Origin: Proteromonas lacertae
Taxonomy: Eukaryota
DNA: 64,000 nt
Assembly (NCBI GenBank): GCA_002245135.1
Contig: NGBS01000036.1
Coordinates: 1-64,000, forward strand
Direction: 5' to 3'
Positions 45,767 to 59,600 of this stretch are shown piece by piece; positions within the stretch are counted from its first letter, which is position 1, and each line of letters starts with the position of its first letter. Under the pieces are notes generated by a model, which was not told the DNA's origin, searched no databases, and was given only the letters and a program-made list of their open reading frames with translations. A program made the translations under genes and the position numbers.

Positions 45767-46381
45767 ATGAGTGATACTGAATCAACTGAATATGTGAGTG
45801 ATGATAGTTCTACTGATGAGTCTGATAGTGAAGTAGAGTCAATAAATGAAAATGATTCCAAGATGTCCAAACCAAAAATCACAGAAGCTAAACCAAGTGA
45901 TGCTATGATCAATGAATTACTATCACAATTCTCTCCAAAGGATATATACAACATATTACAGAATGATGGATCATCATCTCATAAAAATTCAAAAAAAGGT
46001 AAAAAACACTCCCATAAATCCAGATCAAGATCCAGATCACATGAGAGATCCAAAAGAAGATCTAGTAAGAAACAAAAATCAAATGCTTTAGACGAGCCTA
46101 AGTCCAAACGTGGTGGTGGTCGAAAAAATAGTAAAAAGGATAGGGACTCATCATTACCTCCTCCTAGTCGTATGACAAAAGCTGAATTACAAATAGCTTT
46201 GAAAGAAACTAGAGATCAATTAAGTAAATATATGAAGAAATTAGAAAAGAGTTCAAATCCAAAGAAAGAGAAAATAGAGAAAGTAAAAGAACCAGAACCA
46301 GAAGAAGATAAACCATTAGGTAATGATATTGCAGGTAGAGAAATACAAGGCGAGCCTATCGAGCCTGTTTATGTTCAATAA
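45767..46381 (+). CDS. RS/K-rich protein, paralog of 24677-25291
   Basis: Near-identical translation. Confidence 0.7.
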   Translation: MSDTESTEYVSDDSSTDESDSEVESINENDSKMSKPKITEAKPSDAMINELLSQFSPKDIYNILQNDGSSSHKNSKKGKKHSHKSRSRSRSHERSKRRSSKKQKSNALDEPKSKRGGGRKNSKKDRDSSLPPPSRMTKAELQIALKETRDQLSKYMKKLEKSSNPKKEKIEKVKEPEPEEDKPLGNDIAGREIQGEPIEPVYVQ

Positions 46382-46452
46382 TATTAATAATACTTATATT
46401 ACACATTATTATTATAATTAAATTGTTTCTTTTTATTTTCTATTAAGTTATT

Positions 46453-47014
46453 ATGAAAAAACTAAATAAGAAAATACTACTTGCTGTGTTTGCTCGGATG
46501 AGAGGCAAAGGCAAAAGGAAGAAGATACGGAGAGGTGAAGGATATAATGGACATGACAAATATTATCAGAGTTTATATAATAATTTTTATAGAGAGAATG
46601 CGAAAGATTTAGTGGATATGAGAAACAGTCGTTTAAATGAAATAAAAGATGAGATTACTAAGTTGAATTCTAAAGACACTCCTCCTAATGAAGGTGATAT
46701 TCGTAAATTGAATGATGAGCAAAAATTTTTAGAGAGACAGAATGCAATCGATTCTATGTTATCCACATCATTACATGAAGGTAATGCAATGGCTATACCA
46801 CTTGCTAATAGTTTAAGAGAGATTGATGATCAGCATTTTGTTTGGTCCTAACATGTATGTGAATATGAATAGACCTAATTACAATGAAATGGCTCAAGCA
46901 AGTGCAAAGTCTAGGATGCAAATGGGTGAGTATATGAGTAATCCAATTAACCAAATCAAGATGTCACAAATGCAACAAATGGTATATATGCTATATGTTT
47001 TGATTTATATATAA
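46453..47014 (+). pseudogene. Frameshifted paralog of 24045-24605
   Basis: Extra T in CATTTTGTTTGG near 46837 splits the ORF. Confidence 0.75.
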
Positions 47015-47023
47015 TAGTAGAAG

Positions 47024-47350
47024 TTGAATAAATTGATTACTCCTAAAGCAGAAACAAATATTAAAGTACAGCCATTTACTGATATTAAACATGATATTTC
47101 AGAATTAACAAAAGATGAACTTGATAAGATAATGCAATATCTAACACCAGAAGAACAAAAGAAAATAAGAGAGGATTGGAGAGAAGCAAACAATCCTGAA
47201 AATGATGATGATGATGATGATGAATTCAAATCTGATTTTGAAGAAGAAGAAGAACAACAACAAGAACAAAAACAAGAACAAGAAGATGATGAATTTGAAT
47301 CAGATTTTGATTCTGATAATTTTGATGATGTACATGAAATCCCAATATGA
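47024..47350 (+). CDS. Highly acidic small protein
   Basis: 108 aa, D/E-rich C-terminus; starts at TTG. Confidence 0.55.
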   Translation: MNKLITPKAETNIKVQPFTDIKHDISELTKDELDKIMQYLTPEEQKKIREDWREANNPENDDDDDDEFKSDFEEEEEQQQEQKQEQEDDEFESDFDSDNFDDVHEIPI

Positions 47351-47543
47351 CTAAGTTTGTAAAAGATAACTTTCCATCATACTATTACTCTGACTCTGAT
47401 TATTACTCTGATTCTGATGATTTTGATGATGATAGATGGCAATCTGTAGAACGAAAGAAAAGTTAATATCATCTATAATATCAATAACGGCTATATATCT
47501 AATAGTATTGTTTCTCTATTTTTTATATTGTTTTATATATTTT

Positions 47544-48752
47544 ATGGGTGTTAAACGAAAGCATAAGCAACAATCATCACCAAAAGAAGAAGCAATTGAT
47601 TTTGAGAATCCCTCTGTGTATCATAATGCACTTAAAAGAAAATTGTAAAAGATCATCTATAATAAGGTGAAAGATAACAAAAAAATAAAACTAGATCTCA
47701 GTCACATGGCTAACCCAACAGCCAATGTTGACAAAGGCAATGGTACATATGGATTAGACATCTATGATCCTAAATCTAGTTTCAATAAATTTTATGATAC
47801 TATAGGAGATGAGGATGATATAGAGGAATTATCAAAGCTAGTCAATCCAAATATAAATGCAACAAAAAACAATTTTATGACTGATGAGATGAAATACAAA
47901 TTATATATGTCAGGCATCACAGATCAGTTTGGACGATATTATAGGAACATAGGTAAGTATAACAAGCCATACTCAGATTATTATGCTCAACCAGAGAATT
48001 TAACATACCAATGGCAAAATCCATTTTTATCTCAAATTGAAGGACAACCATTACAACAATGGGGATCACAGTACAATGTAAATTCATATCAATCCAATCC
48101 AAGATGGAATAATAATGCTGGTACAACACAAAAAGATCACGAGTATGAATTACAACAAGAAAATGAAATAATGAAAGCAAGGAATGAAGAATATCAGAGA
48201 AAGATAGCTACAATGGAAGAAAGAGAAAAAGAGTCATTAATTGCAAAAATTGATAAATATTTCTCAAATAATACAACATACGATTGGTTGAAATTTGGTG
48301 TGAAGTTCTGCTTATGTACTATGACATTAGGTTCTATTTCACAAGTGTTTGATATACTATTTCCTGATAGTACTGTTGGTGCAATATTAAAGTATTTAGT
48401 AAATGCAGGAATAGGATATAGTGGTGTTATGCAAAGGATATTTGGTTTATCTCCAGCATGGGTTAATGCAGCATCTTTTGTATCAATGTTAACTCCTAAT
48501 TTTGTCAGTTTGGTATATAATCGTTGGAAACAAGTTCCTCCAATGGATATGTCACAATGGATTCATTCTAAGTTAGATAGTATAATGGGTTTCTTTACTA
48601 CATCACTAAGTAATATATACAATTGGTTCAGAGGTATATTTGGTGCTACTCCTACAACAACAAATTCGACGAGTGCGCCGGCCACTTCAAATATTCAAGC
48701 ATCGAATGTTACAACTGCCCCCAGTTCTAATATTACAACCATTTTTGATTAA
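47544..48752 (+). pseudogene. Viral protein with hydrophobic/amphipathic C-terminal half and one in-frame TAA
   Basis: MGVKRKHK... at 47544 is in frame with 47667-48752 across the TAA at 47646-47648. Confidence 0.6.
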
Positions 48753-50066
48753 TCAATATGATTATGAATCAGTTAAGCAAATGGAAATGAATAATACAAA
48801 ACAAGATTTAGAAAATGTATGTAAAAATGTAGGATTGCCATTAGATATTATATCAAAGTATTCCAGCTATGGTGGAACAATAGATCAATTGACAGATTAC
48901 TTACATTATTTCAAATATCAATGTGGTCGTAGTGTTCCAGAAGCACGATCAGATGTGTGTAATTTAATTAATGGTATGGGTAGTGAATATCATTTATGGC
49001 CTAAAGTAAATTATGGTTTATTTGGTATGTCTTTAGATGGATATCCAAAGACAGGTTCAGGTAGAAGAAAACATGTTCATTTCAAACATAAGAAACATCA
49101 CAGAAGAAATAAACTAAAATTAGAGAGTATCCCACGGAGGCATCTCTTGGCTACTAAGAAATTAGGTGGTAATAGTGGTATTATACCATTAAGAGTGGGT
49201 CAAAGTGTTGGTCCTAATGAGCATGTCATTATTACTAATCCAAGACAACAAATGTATGATGCTGCTAGTGCTGCTTATAATGGAACATCACAATTACAGC
49301 CAAGTCAAATACCAGAATATATTCAACCATATATACCAAAAGAAACTGTAGGATATGATTATAATTGGAATTATGATAAATTAATTAGTCCAGGTTTGAA
49401 TAGACAAGCTCGAAAAGAAGTTCAATATGCATTAACTAATAATTATGCTTCAATGTTGCCTAACAATTATCATATTAATTTTTATGATATGCTAGATCGT
49501 GAACATAAAAAAGGACATTTAAGAGGAACATTCCCATTAGCAACATTAGATACATCTAATCCAAGAAGCTATCTTTTGAATTGCCTGAATATGTTACAGA
49601 AGCAGATGTTCAGGCATATGATAATGGAATGAATAGAGTTACAGATCCTTTGTTACAAAAATTTCCTAAATTACAAAATTATAAATCATTGCAAGCGATT
49701 ATAGAAAAGAATCCTCAATTAGCAGCCTATAAAAATTATAGACAAGATTGGTTGACCTCAACTTGGGATAAATTAACAGGTAATGATAAAGATGCAATAG
49801 AATATTATAACAAACTATTATTACAGCAGGAGTATTTGCAAAATGAATTAGTTGATGGAGTAAGTAAGATCAATCAATATTCAGATCCATATAATTTTGA
49901 TCCGAATCGAGCTGAAAAAGTAAAAGAATATATTGCATTGAATAATCAAAAGGCACAAAGATATATGGATGATCCAGAGATATTAGAAAGATCAAAATTT
50001 TATAGATGGGCATTAGATCCAAAGAACCGCATACATGGATTAATGAAGATAAATATAGAGAACTGA
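48640..50066 (+). pseudogene. Putative core-type protein, probably frameshifted near 49580
   Basis: Overlapping 330-aa and 161-aa ORFs; TGSGRRKHVHFKHKKHHRR basic tract. Confidence 0.55.
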
Positions 50067-50148
50067 ATGAAATAGCATCACAGAATAGTAGAGATTTCAT
50101 TAACTTTGATTATAATAGAGAGAAGTTAGGTCACTCACTTCCTCAAGA

Positions 50149-51002
50149 GTGGGTGAATGCAGGAAAATAGCAGATATTGATAATGAACTGGAGAGGTTTA
50201 TGCAATACAACACAGTGAATAGCACAAAGAAAAATATTTCTGAGTTATGGCTTCTCATACAACACAGATTTCCTAATCTATTCAAAATTTCACAAAATTA
50301 TTTAGCATGCCCTGTCGCGCGCGATAAAGAAATTTGCGCGATAAAGGAAGTAATTGTTTATATTTAGATCTAATGTAATATTATTGTTAATGTCATTACG
50401 CTATGCATGAATATATAATCATTTTGTCTTATAACATTCATGAACAATAGTTATGTTCAATTATTCATAAATATTCACTTCATATCCATCTTAATTATTT
50501 TTATCATTTAACATTATTTTTATTGCATATATCACTGGAAGAAATTGAAATAAACAGTTCTTTGATGAAAAGATTAAACAAAATCGATGTTACGATGGTT
50601 TGAAATAAAAAATAAAATATTGGCTTGAAGAAGGCTTGAGCATATTTTTTTTTTTCTTTAATATTTTTTTAAAGGGTACTATATATATATCAATATGTTA
50701 ATAAGACATATATATTAATATATTCTTATTGAAAATTTGATGACAATTTCAACATATGTAATTTATTAGACAAAATAATGTTATATTTATATTTACTCGG
50801 CCTTCCAAATAAGTATTAACATATTCACTTTAATGGAAACTTATTACTTCCTTTACCGCGCAAATTTCTTTATAGCGCGACATGCCCACCAACTTTCTGT
50901 GAGGTTGAGAGGATATTCTCTCTCACAGGAAGAATTAGTGGTTTTAATCGGTCGTCTTTATCTCCAGAACACCTGGAGATGAAGACGATGATATTTATTA
51001 TA
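50149..51002 (+). pseudogene. hAT transposase C-terminal dimerisation domain remnant split by a MITE
   Basis: ELWLLIQHRFPNLFKISQNYLACP | PTFCEVERIFSLTGRISGFNRSSLSPEHLE. Confidence 0.85.
50313..50882. mobile_element. 570-bp TG..CA MITE (Ginger/TDD-like)
   Basis: About 40-bp TIR TGTCGCGC..ATAAAGAAATTTGCGCG; 5-bp TSD TGCCC at 50308-50312 and 50883-50887. Confidence 0.88.
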
Positions 51003-51659
51003 CTATAAACCAGGGTTGTATTTATCGGTTACTGACGGAGATAGGTCAAAACCTATAGGTTTTGCCTTGACTGTCGGTCGGTCAAGCCTTACAAGCCGTA
51101 TATTATAAAATCTATTTTAATTCATTATATACTAATTTTCCTTTCATAAAAACTATCTTATAATATATTTTAATACTTGGGAAAGTTGCGAATTGGACTC
51201 GAGTTCAAAATTTGAACTCGGTACTTCCAGCCACTTTACAGCGCTAATATTAAAATTTCATTGACTTTTGTAATTAAATTAAACTATTCTGAAATGCGTG
51301 TTGAATTTGGACAACATCAATGTTAGTCATTAGAAACATCATTAGAATTTTGTACATAAATCTATTGTACATAATATGTATACACTGGACCTCCAGTTTT
51401 AAATCTAATTATTTTGATAGTTCAAGAGAAAATTCAAAAAAAGAAATATTGACACAAGCTTTGGCTTGATCAAATTTGAATTTATTTAAATTTTGAACTC
51501 GCTCTTTGTATGCGAAGAGAATATTCAATTTTAATAATCATTTGACATGTATAAGTTTTAATTATTTAATTTAAACTATAAAAATACAAGTAATACAAGA
51601 AATTATCTAGATCGTTAAGATTAGAAGAGATTACGAAATACTCAATAACAACGTAATAT

Positions 51660-52023
51660 TAACTATCAATTTATTTCGATTTAGAACAAACTAACATAAT
51701 TCTTTCTAATCTTCGATTTTGTACTCATTTCATTCTATATATTATACTCAATTATATATACATTATACAATAACCATTTTTAACTATCAGTTTACTTCGA
51801 TTTAGAACAAACTAACATAATTCTTTCTAATCTTCGATTTTGTACTCATTTCATTCTATATATTATACTCAATTATATATACATTATACAATAACCATTT
51901 TTAACTATCAATTTACTTCGATTTAGAACAAACTAACATAATTCTTTCTAATCTTCGATTTTGTACTCATTTCATTCTATATATTATACTCAATTATATA
52001 TACATTATACAATAACCATTTTA
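51660..52023 (-). repeat. 121-bp tandem array, 3 copies (left arm)
   Basis: Reverse complement of the unit in 52229-55213. Confidence 0.95.
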
Positions 52024-52228
52024 AACTATTATTTTAAAATGAAAAATATCCGTTACTGAATCTTTCTATTTTCTTATTTGTACTATCCTCACATCCCTTG
52101 TAATTAATACTTTGCTGTATGAATCATGTAAGTATTGAAAATGGATTTGTAAAAATCCTATATAAATTAAATAAAGATTCAACTCATTCCATTGTTGATG
52201 GAAGAAAAAAGGATTTGATAGTTAAAAT

Positions 52229-55213
52229 ATATAGAATGAAATGAGTACAAAATCGAAGATTAGAAAGAATTATGTTAGTTTGTTCTAAATCGAAGTAAAC
52301 TGATAGTTAAAAATGGTTATTGTATAATGTATATATAATTGAGTATAATATATAGAATGAAATGAGTACAAAATCGAAGATTAGAAAGAATTATGTTAGT
52401 TTGTTCTAAATCGAAGTAAATTGATAGTTAAAAATGGTTATTGTATAATGTATATATAATTGAGTATAATATATAGAATGAAATGAGTACAAAATCGAAG
52501 ATTAGAAAGAATTATGTTAGTTTGTTCTAAATCGAAGTAAACTGATAGTTAAAAATGGTTATTGTATAATGTATATATAATTGAGTATAATATATAGAAT
52601 GAAATGAGTACAAAATCGAAGATTAGAAAGAATTATGTTAGTTTGTTCTAAATCGAAGTAAACTGATAGTTAAAAATGGTTATTGTATAATGTATATATA
52701 ATTGAGTATAATATATAGAATGAAATGAGTACAAAATCGAAGATTAGAAAGAATTATGTTAGTTTGTTCTAAATCGAAGTAAATTGATAGTTAAAAATGG
52801 TTATTGTATAATGTATATATAATTGAGTATAATATATAGAATGAAATGAGTACAAAATCGAAGATTAGAAAGAATTATGTTAGTTTGTTCTAAATCGAAG
52901 TAAACTGATAGTTAAAAATGGTTATTGTATAATGTATATATAATTGAGTATAATATATAGAATGAAATGAGTACAAAATCGAAGATTAGAAAGAATTATG
53001 TTAGTTTGTTCTAAATCGAAGTAAACTGATAGTTAAAAATGGTTATTGTATAATGTATATATAATTGAGTATAATATATAGAATGAAATGAGTACAAAAT
53101 CGAAGATTAGAAAGAATTATGTTAGTTTGTTCTAAATCGAAGTAAATTGATAGTTAAAAATGGTTATTGTATAATGTATATATAATTGAGTATAATATAT
53201 AGAATGAAATGAGTACAAAATCGAAGATTAGAAAGAATTATGTTAGTTTGTTCTAAATCGAAGTAAATTGATAGTTAAAAATGGTTATTGTATAATGTAT
53301 ATATAATTGAGTATAATATATAGAATGAAATGAGTACAAAATCGAAGATTAGAAAGAATTATGTTAGTTTGTTCTAAATCGAAGTAAACTGATAGTTAAA
53401 AATGGTTATTGTATAATGTATATATAATTGAGTATAATATATAGAATGAAATGAGTACAAAATCGAAGATTAGAAAGAATTATGTTAGTTTGTTCTAAAT
53501 CGAAGTAAACTGATAGTTAAAAATGGTTATTGTATAATGTATATATAATTGAGTATAATATATAGAATGAAATGAGTACAAAATCGAAGATTAGAAAGAA
53601 TTATGTTAGTTTGTTCTAAATCGAAGTAAATTGATAGTTAAAAATGGTTATTGTATAATGTATATATAATTGAGTATAATATATAGAATGAAATGAGTAC
53701 AAAATCGAAGATTAGAAAGAATTATGTTAGTTTGTTCTAAATCGAAGTAAACTGATAGTTAAAAATGGTTATTGTATAATGTATATATAATTGAGTATAA
53801 TATATAGAATGAAATGAGTACAAAATCGAAGATTAGAAAGAATTATGTTAGTTTGTTCTAAATCGAAGTAAACTGATAGTTAAAAATGGTTATTGTATAA
53901 TGTATATATAATTGAGTATAATATATAGAATGAAATGAGTACAAAATCGAAGATTAGAAAGAATTATGTTAGTTTGTTCTAAATCGAAGTAAATTGATAG
54001 TTAAAAATGGTTATTGTATAATGTATATATAATTGAGTATAATATATAGAATGAAATGAGTACAAAATCGAAGATTAGAAAGAATTATGTTAGTTTGTTC
54101 TAAATCGAAGTAAATTGATAGTTAAAAATGGTTATTGTATAATGTATATATAATTGAGTATAATATATAGAATGAAATGAGTACAAAATCGAAGATTAGA
54201 AAGAATTATGTTAGTTTGTTCTAAATCGAAGTAAATTGATAGTTAAAAATGGTTATTGTATAATGTATATATAATTGAGTATAATATATAGAATGAAATG
54301 AGTACAAAATCGAAGATTAGAAAGAATTATGTTAGTTTGTTCTAAATCGAAGTAAACTGATAGTTAAAAATGGTTATTGTATAATGTATATATAATTGAG
54401 TATAATATATAGAATGAAATGAGTACAAAATCGAAGATTAGAAAGAATTATGTTAGTTTGTTCTAAATCGAAGTAAACTGATAGTTAAAAATGGTTATTG
54501 TATAATGTATATATAATTGAGTATAATATATAGAATGAAATGAGTACAAAATCGAAGATTAGAAAGAATTATGTTAGTTTGTTCTAAATCGAAGTAAATT
54601 GATAGTTAAAAATGGTTATTGTATAATGTATATATAATTGAGTATAATATATAGAATGAAATGAGTACAAAATCGAAGATTAGAAAGAATTATGTTAGTT
54701 TGTTCTAAATCGAAGTAAATTGATAGTTAAAAATGGTTATTGTATAATGTATATATAATTGAGTATAATATATAGAATGAAATGAGTACAAAATCGAAGA
54801 TTAGAAAGAATTATGTTAGTTTGTTCTAAATCGAAGTAAACTGATAGTTAAAAATGGTTATTGTATAATGTATATATAATTGAGTATAATATATAGAATG
54901 AAATGAGTACAAAATCGAAGATTAGAAAGAATTATGTTAGTTTGTTCTAAATCGAAGTAAACTGATAGTTAAAAATGGTTATTGTATAATGTATATATAA
55001 TTGAGTATAATATATAGAATGAAATGAGTACAAAATCGAAGATTAGAAAGAATTATGTTAGTTTGTTCTAAATCGAAGTAAACTGATAGTTAAAAATGGT
55101 TATTGTATAATGTATATATAATTGAGTATAATATATAGAATGAAATGAGTACAAAATCGAAGATTAGAAAGAATTATGTTAGTTTGTTCTAAATCGAAGT
55201 AAATTGATAGTTA
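52229..55213 (+). repeat. 121-bp tandem array, about 25 copies (right arm)
   Basis: Period 121 (ATAGAATGA at 52231, 52352 ... 55135); units appear to differ only at GTAAA[C/T]TGATAG. Confidence 0.97.
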
Positions 55214-55868
55214 ATATTACGTTGTTATTGAGTATTTCGTAATCTCTTCTAATCTTAACGATCTAGATAATTTCTTGTATTACTTGTATTTTTATAGTTT
55301 AAATTAAATAATTAAAACTTATACATGTCAAATGATTATTAAAATTGAATATTCTCTTCGCATACAAAGAGCGAGTTCAAAATTTAAATAAATTCAAATT
55401 TGATCAAGCCAAAGCTTGTGTCAATATTTCTTTTTTTGAATTTTCTCTTGAACTATCAAAATAATTAGATTTAAAACTGGAGGTCCAGTGTATACATATT
55501 ATGTACAATAGATTTATGTACAAAATTCTAATGATGTTTCTAATGACTAACATTGATGTTGTCCAAATTCAACACGCATTTCAGAATAGTTTAATTTAAT
55601 TACAAAAGTCAATGAAATTTTAATATTAGCGCTGTAAAGTGGCTGGAAGTACCGAGTTCAAATTTTGAACTCGAGTCCAATTCGCAACTTTCCTAATACT
55701 TGATTCATATATTTTCAATTCAATTAAATAATTTTTAACTTTTTATAAAGAATTACAATTTAATACTCAACAATAATTAGGTATTTTATATAATTATGTT
55801 CTTATTTATTTCTACTAATCATCAGTTTCATTTGTAATCTATCACATGATAAATTTGATTTGGATAAG

Positions 55869-56075
55869 TTACTTATTTGTCGGCTCTGAAGATGTTGCTA
55901 GACTGTTTAAACTGTTCTTGGCAAGTATATATACCCTAGGAAACTTGGACTTTAATGATAGCCAGATATTTCCAATGGTTTCAGAGGTGCTGTAATGAAT
56001 ATCATATTGCAAATATTCTTGTACTTCATTTGGCATAATTAATCTCTTTCTTTTTACTGCAAATGCATTTATCAA
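55869..56075 (-). pseudogene. hAT dimerisation domain remnant
   Basis: EVQEYLQY...IWLSLKSKFPRVYILAKNSLNSLATSS. Confidence 0.75.
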
Positions 56076-56645
56076 GGCTTTTTATCTTTAACATATTATA
56101 CCAAAAGGTTTTGTAGAAGTTAAAATTAAGATGTTCAAGTATATTTGCCTCTTTTAAGGCAATAACTTCACGAGCCGCTCCAATTGGTAAAACTATACTC
56201 CTAGAATATATAATGATAGATTATATTAGATACATTTATGATAATTTTAAGAAATGATTAATGTCAAGCTAAAAGTTTGCCATTTTTTCTTTCAAATTTT
56301 TATAATCATTCTATACTTTATATTACATATATAACACAATAGAATAACTCATTGGTAAGGTTAGATTCAATTATGAAGAAAGAAAAAAGCGCATCGACCG
56401 ACGGTTAATTCGGTATTTTATAGAATGATATATAGAGCTTGAATTCAATATGTGCAGTTAGATAAAATAATTAATATCACATGTTTAGGAGGAGGTCAGC
56501 TAATAGTTACTACAGCCTGCTGTCGGTCAACATTTGTTTATTGACCTACGACCGATCGGTTTTCTCCGTCGGTCATGACCGATTTATACAACCCTGCTAT
56601 AAACTTTAAAATACAACAAATAAAAATAAAAATAAGTCTAATCTT

Positions 56646-59600
56646 TTATTCTATTTTAGCTTTCTTCTTATCCACATTATCATCATCATCTTCTAACACA
56701 GCTTCTTCAAACTCATTTTCATCATCATCATCATCATCATACAGGTAGCTGGAATTATATTTCGTACTTGTCCTTCTACTTCTTTTCGTTGCGTCAGATG
56801 AGATATTACTATCACTCATATTCAACTCTTGGGATTGTTGCATTTGTTGTGTTGGTTTAGCACTATTATATACAGGATAATATCTTTCTTCTCGAAAAGT
56901 ATAGAATTTACAATCAATTGCTCCAGGTAAACCTTCTATCAACTCAGCTATGAATGGTTGAGCAAATCCAAATGTTTCTGGACCAGATATACTAGTTCCA
57001 GCTTTATTAATACCAATTTTAGATTTAGCTTTTTTGATTTTTATCAACACTTGAACCCAAGATGCTGAACAAGATTTATTGATAGAAGGATGAGTTGGAT
57101 CATCACCAGCAGTCACTTTGAATAAAGGACCACTATCTCCACCATCACATATTTCACTTCGATAGATTGTTCTACTACTTGCATCCATATAAGAAGTAGT
57201 TTCTCTTTCACTAATAAAACCAACTGGCCAAATATATTTGTCATTATAATAACTTCGTCTTGTATCTATATAACCTAATGAGATTATTGTTAATCCTTTA
57301 CATTGAATTGGTAATTTGGTCTTTTCTAATTGTTTTTTACATTTTTCATAGATTTCTTCCCTACTTAATGGTTTATCAGGTATATTATTATTATTATTAC
57401 TTATATTATTATTATTATTATATGTATGACTATTATCATTATTATTATTATCTATTAGATTTGATATATTTGGTTTAGCTAATATTATATTATCATCATC
57501 AACCATATTTGGATCATCCCAAGGTGAAGATTGGAGTAAAATTCTTAATAAAAACTTGGCTCGTTTCATTAACAACGTATCAGTTAAAGGGCGAATATTA
57601 CTGCAAGGATGATAAGCATCAGCTGAAAATGATTCATTTAGAAAACCACGAAATTCTTTATACTTTTTAAGATCACCTAAACTTCTAGATCCATATTGTT
57701 CAAGAAATATAAATAATATATAATCATGTAATTCAGGATTCCAACCTTCAGGCATTTCTTCATGTTGTTTTGGATGAGCTCGATTGATTCTAACTATCCA
57801 ATTCTTTACATTCTTTTCTCCACAAGGTAATATATTCTTTCTTAATATATTCAATAATTCCATTTGATCAACTATTCTAGTTGCTACATGATAACTAATG
57901 AAATTTGTTACAGTTAATTCTTCTGGATTTGTATTATTATTATTATTATTATCATTATTATTATTTGTTGATGATGAATTATTATCTTTTTCTTTATCTT
58001 TTTTTGTCTTTGTTTTAGATGTTTTAGATAATTTTGATGTTTTTGATCCTTTCTTTGGTGTTGATTGTGTTGTTGTTACTGGCTCAGATTGACTTGGAGT
58101 TGGTGTTTCAATTGTGTTTGATTGAATATTACCTTCTGGTTGAGATTCAACTTGACTTGCTGATGGTGTATCTGTTGATATTTCTGTTTGTGTATTTGAT
58201 TGACTTGACTCAACTTGACTTGAAGTAATTTCAGCTTGACTTGGAGTTGTTCCTTCTTCTGCTTGACTTGTCTCAGCTTGACTATTTGATTGACTTTGTG
58301 TTATTTCAATTTGACTATTATTTGCTGTTTCTGGTTGAGTTGTTGAGGGTGTTTCTGTTGTTTCCACTTGACTAGGTGTTGGAGTTGATTTCTTTCTATC
58401 AGGTGTTGAATTTGTAGTATTTTTAGGGTGAGAATCTTTTGATTTGCTTATTGAATTTGATGTAGTTATTCGATTAACTACTAAATATCGACAATATCTT
58501 TCCATCTCTAAGAATTTCAAATAAATTGAAGTCATTGGTTTATAATAGAATTTACCTTGACTGTATAAGAAATGATAAGGTCCATAAGGATCACTTAATA
58601 AATGATAACCTAAATCACAAGATGTATAATGATTTACACTCTTTATTTCAGGATTTACTGCTTTTATTGCTTTATTCACTACATTTGATAATACTTCTCC
58701 ACATATTACTTTCACAAATTCATCATTATCAACACTAAATTGATTTATATCTAATTTTAATGGATCTCCTTTATTATATGGATGATTTTCAGGTAAACTA
58801 TAACTCTCTAATGTATTTAATACACTTCGGAATTCATTCTTTGACCATAATGTACTTCGATTTGCTGCATCAAATTTATTATTCTTACCTGATGAAGATG
58901 CTGAGGAATATCCACCATTTAATCTCACACCATTCTTTTTACCAATTATTACACCATCTGAATTTACATTATTACGTTGATAGGCTTGTAACAATCGAAT
59001 TAATCTTCTGGCTAATAATGTGAATTTTGGCCATTCAGGATGTGCTAATAAAATTGCATTTTTAGTCAAACTGGTCGATGTTGTTGTTGTTGCTGCTGTT
59101 GTGTTTGATGATGTATCTTCTGTTTCCATTTCTGTTGATTCTTCTACTTCTTCTTTTACTTTTATTTTTTCTTCTTTAACATCATCAACTTTCTCATCTT
59201 TTACTTTATTTTCATCATTTTCATCTTCTTCGTCATCTTCTTTAGCTTTCTCATCACATACGAACAATGGAAAATGTTTAAAATGAAGTTCAGGATCTTT
59301 CATTATCTCCAATACACAGTTCCAACCATATTTACAGCAACCAACAAATAAACTATAATCATCATCTTTCTTCCACCAATTATAAGGAACATTAATATTA
59401 CCTTTTAATGGGATTATTTTATGTCTGTTCTCTGGTTTATATAATTCTAATTCATCTGCTATTACTCTAATATCATGTAATGTTGATAATACTAACATAT
59501 CTTTATTATATAAAGTAAACCATCTTTTCCATATTACTAAATCTTTTAATAATACATGTGGAGTATGATTAGATAAATCTATTGGTTCATAACTGGAGAA

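Larger units (their letters stand above)
43501..50100. mobile_element. Truncated sibling virus fragment (inverted copy of about 23980-27587 plus extra genes)
   Basis: 43501-47080 is a near-identical reverse complement of the left part of element 2 and starts mid-gene; right boundary approximate. Confidence 0.8.
51180..55693. mobile_element. Foldback/MULE-like element with modular TIRs
   Basis: About 480-bp outer TIRs (GGAAAGTTGCG...CGCAACTTTCC); 9-bp TSD TAATACTTG at 51171-51179 and 55694-55702; opposed inner 121-bp arrays. Confidence 0.92.
51011..56596. mobile_element. Non-autonomous hAT element
   Basis: TIR CAGGGTTGTAT..ATCGGT; 8-bp TSD CTATAAAC at 51003-51010 and 56597-56604; transposase remnant inside. 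Confidence 0.92.

Noticed and set aside
50313..50882. Solo LTR
   Set aside because: TG..CA and a 5-bp TSD fit, but about 40-bp TIRs favour a Ginger/TDD-type MITE; not fully excluded
52229..55213. CRISPR-like array
   Set aside because: Contiguous 121-bp units with no unique spacers, no cas genes and a eukaryotic context
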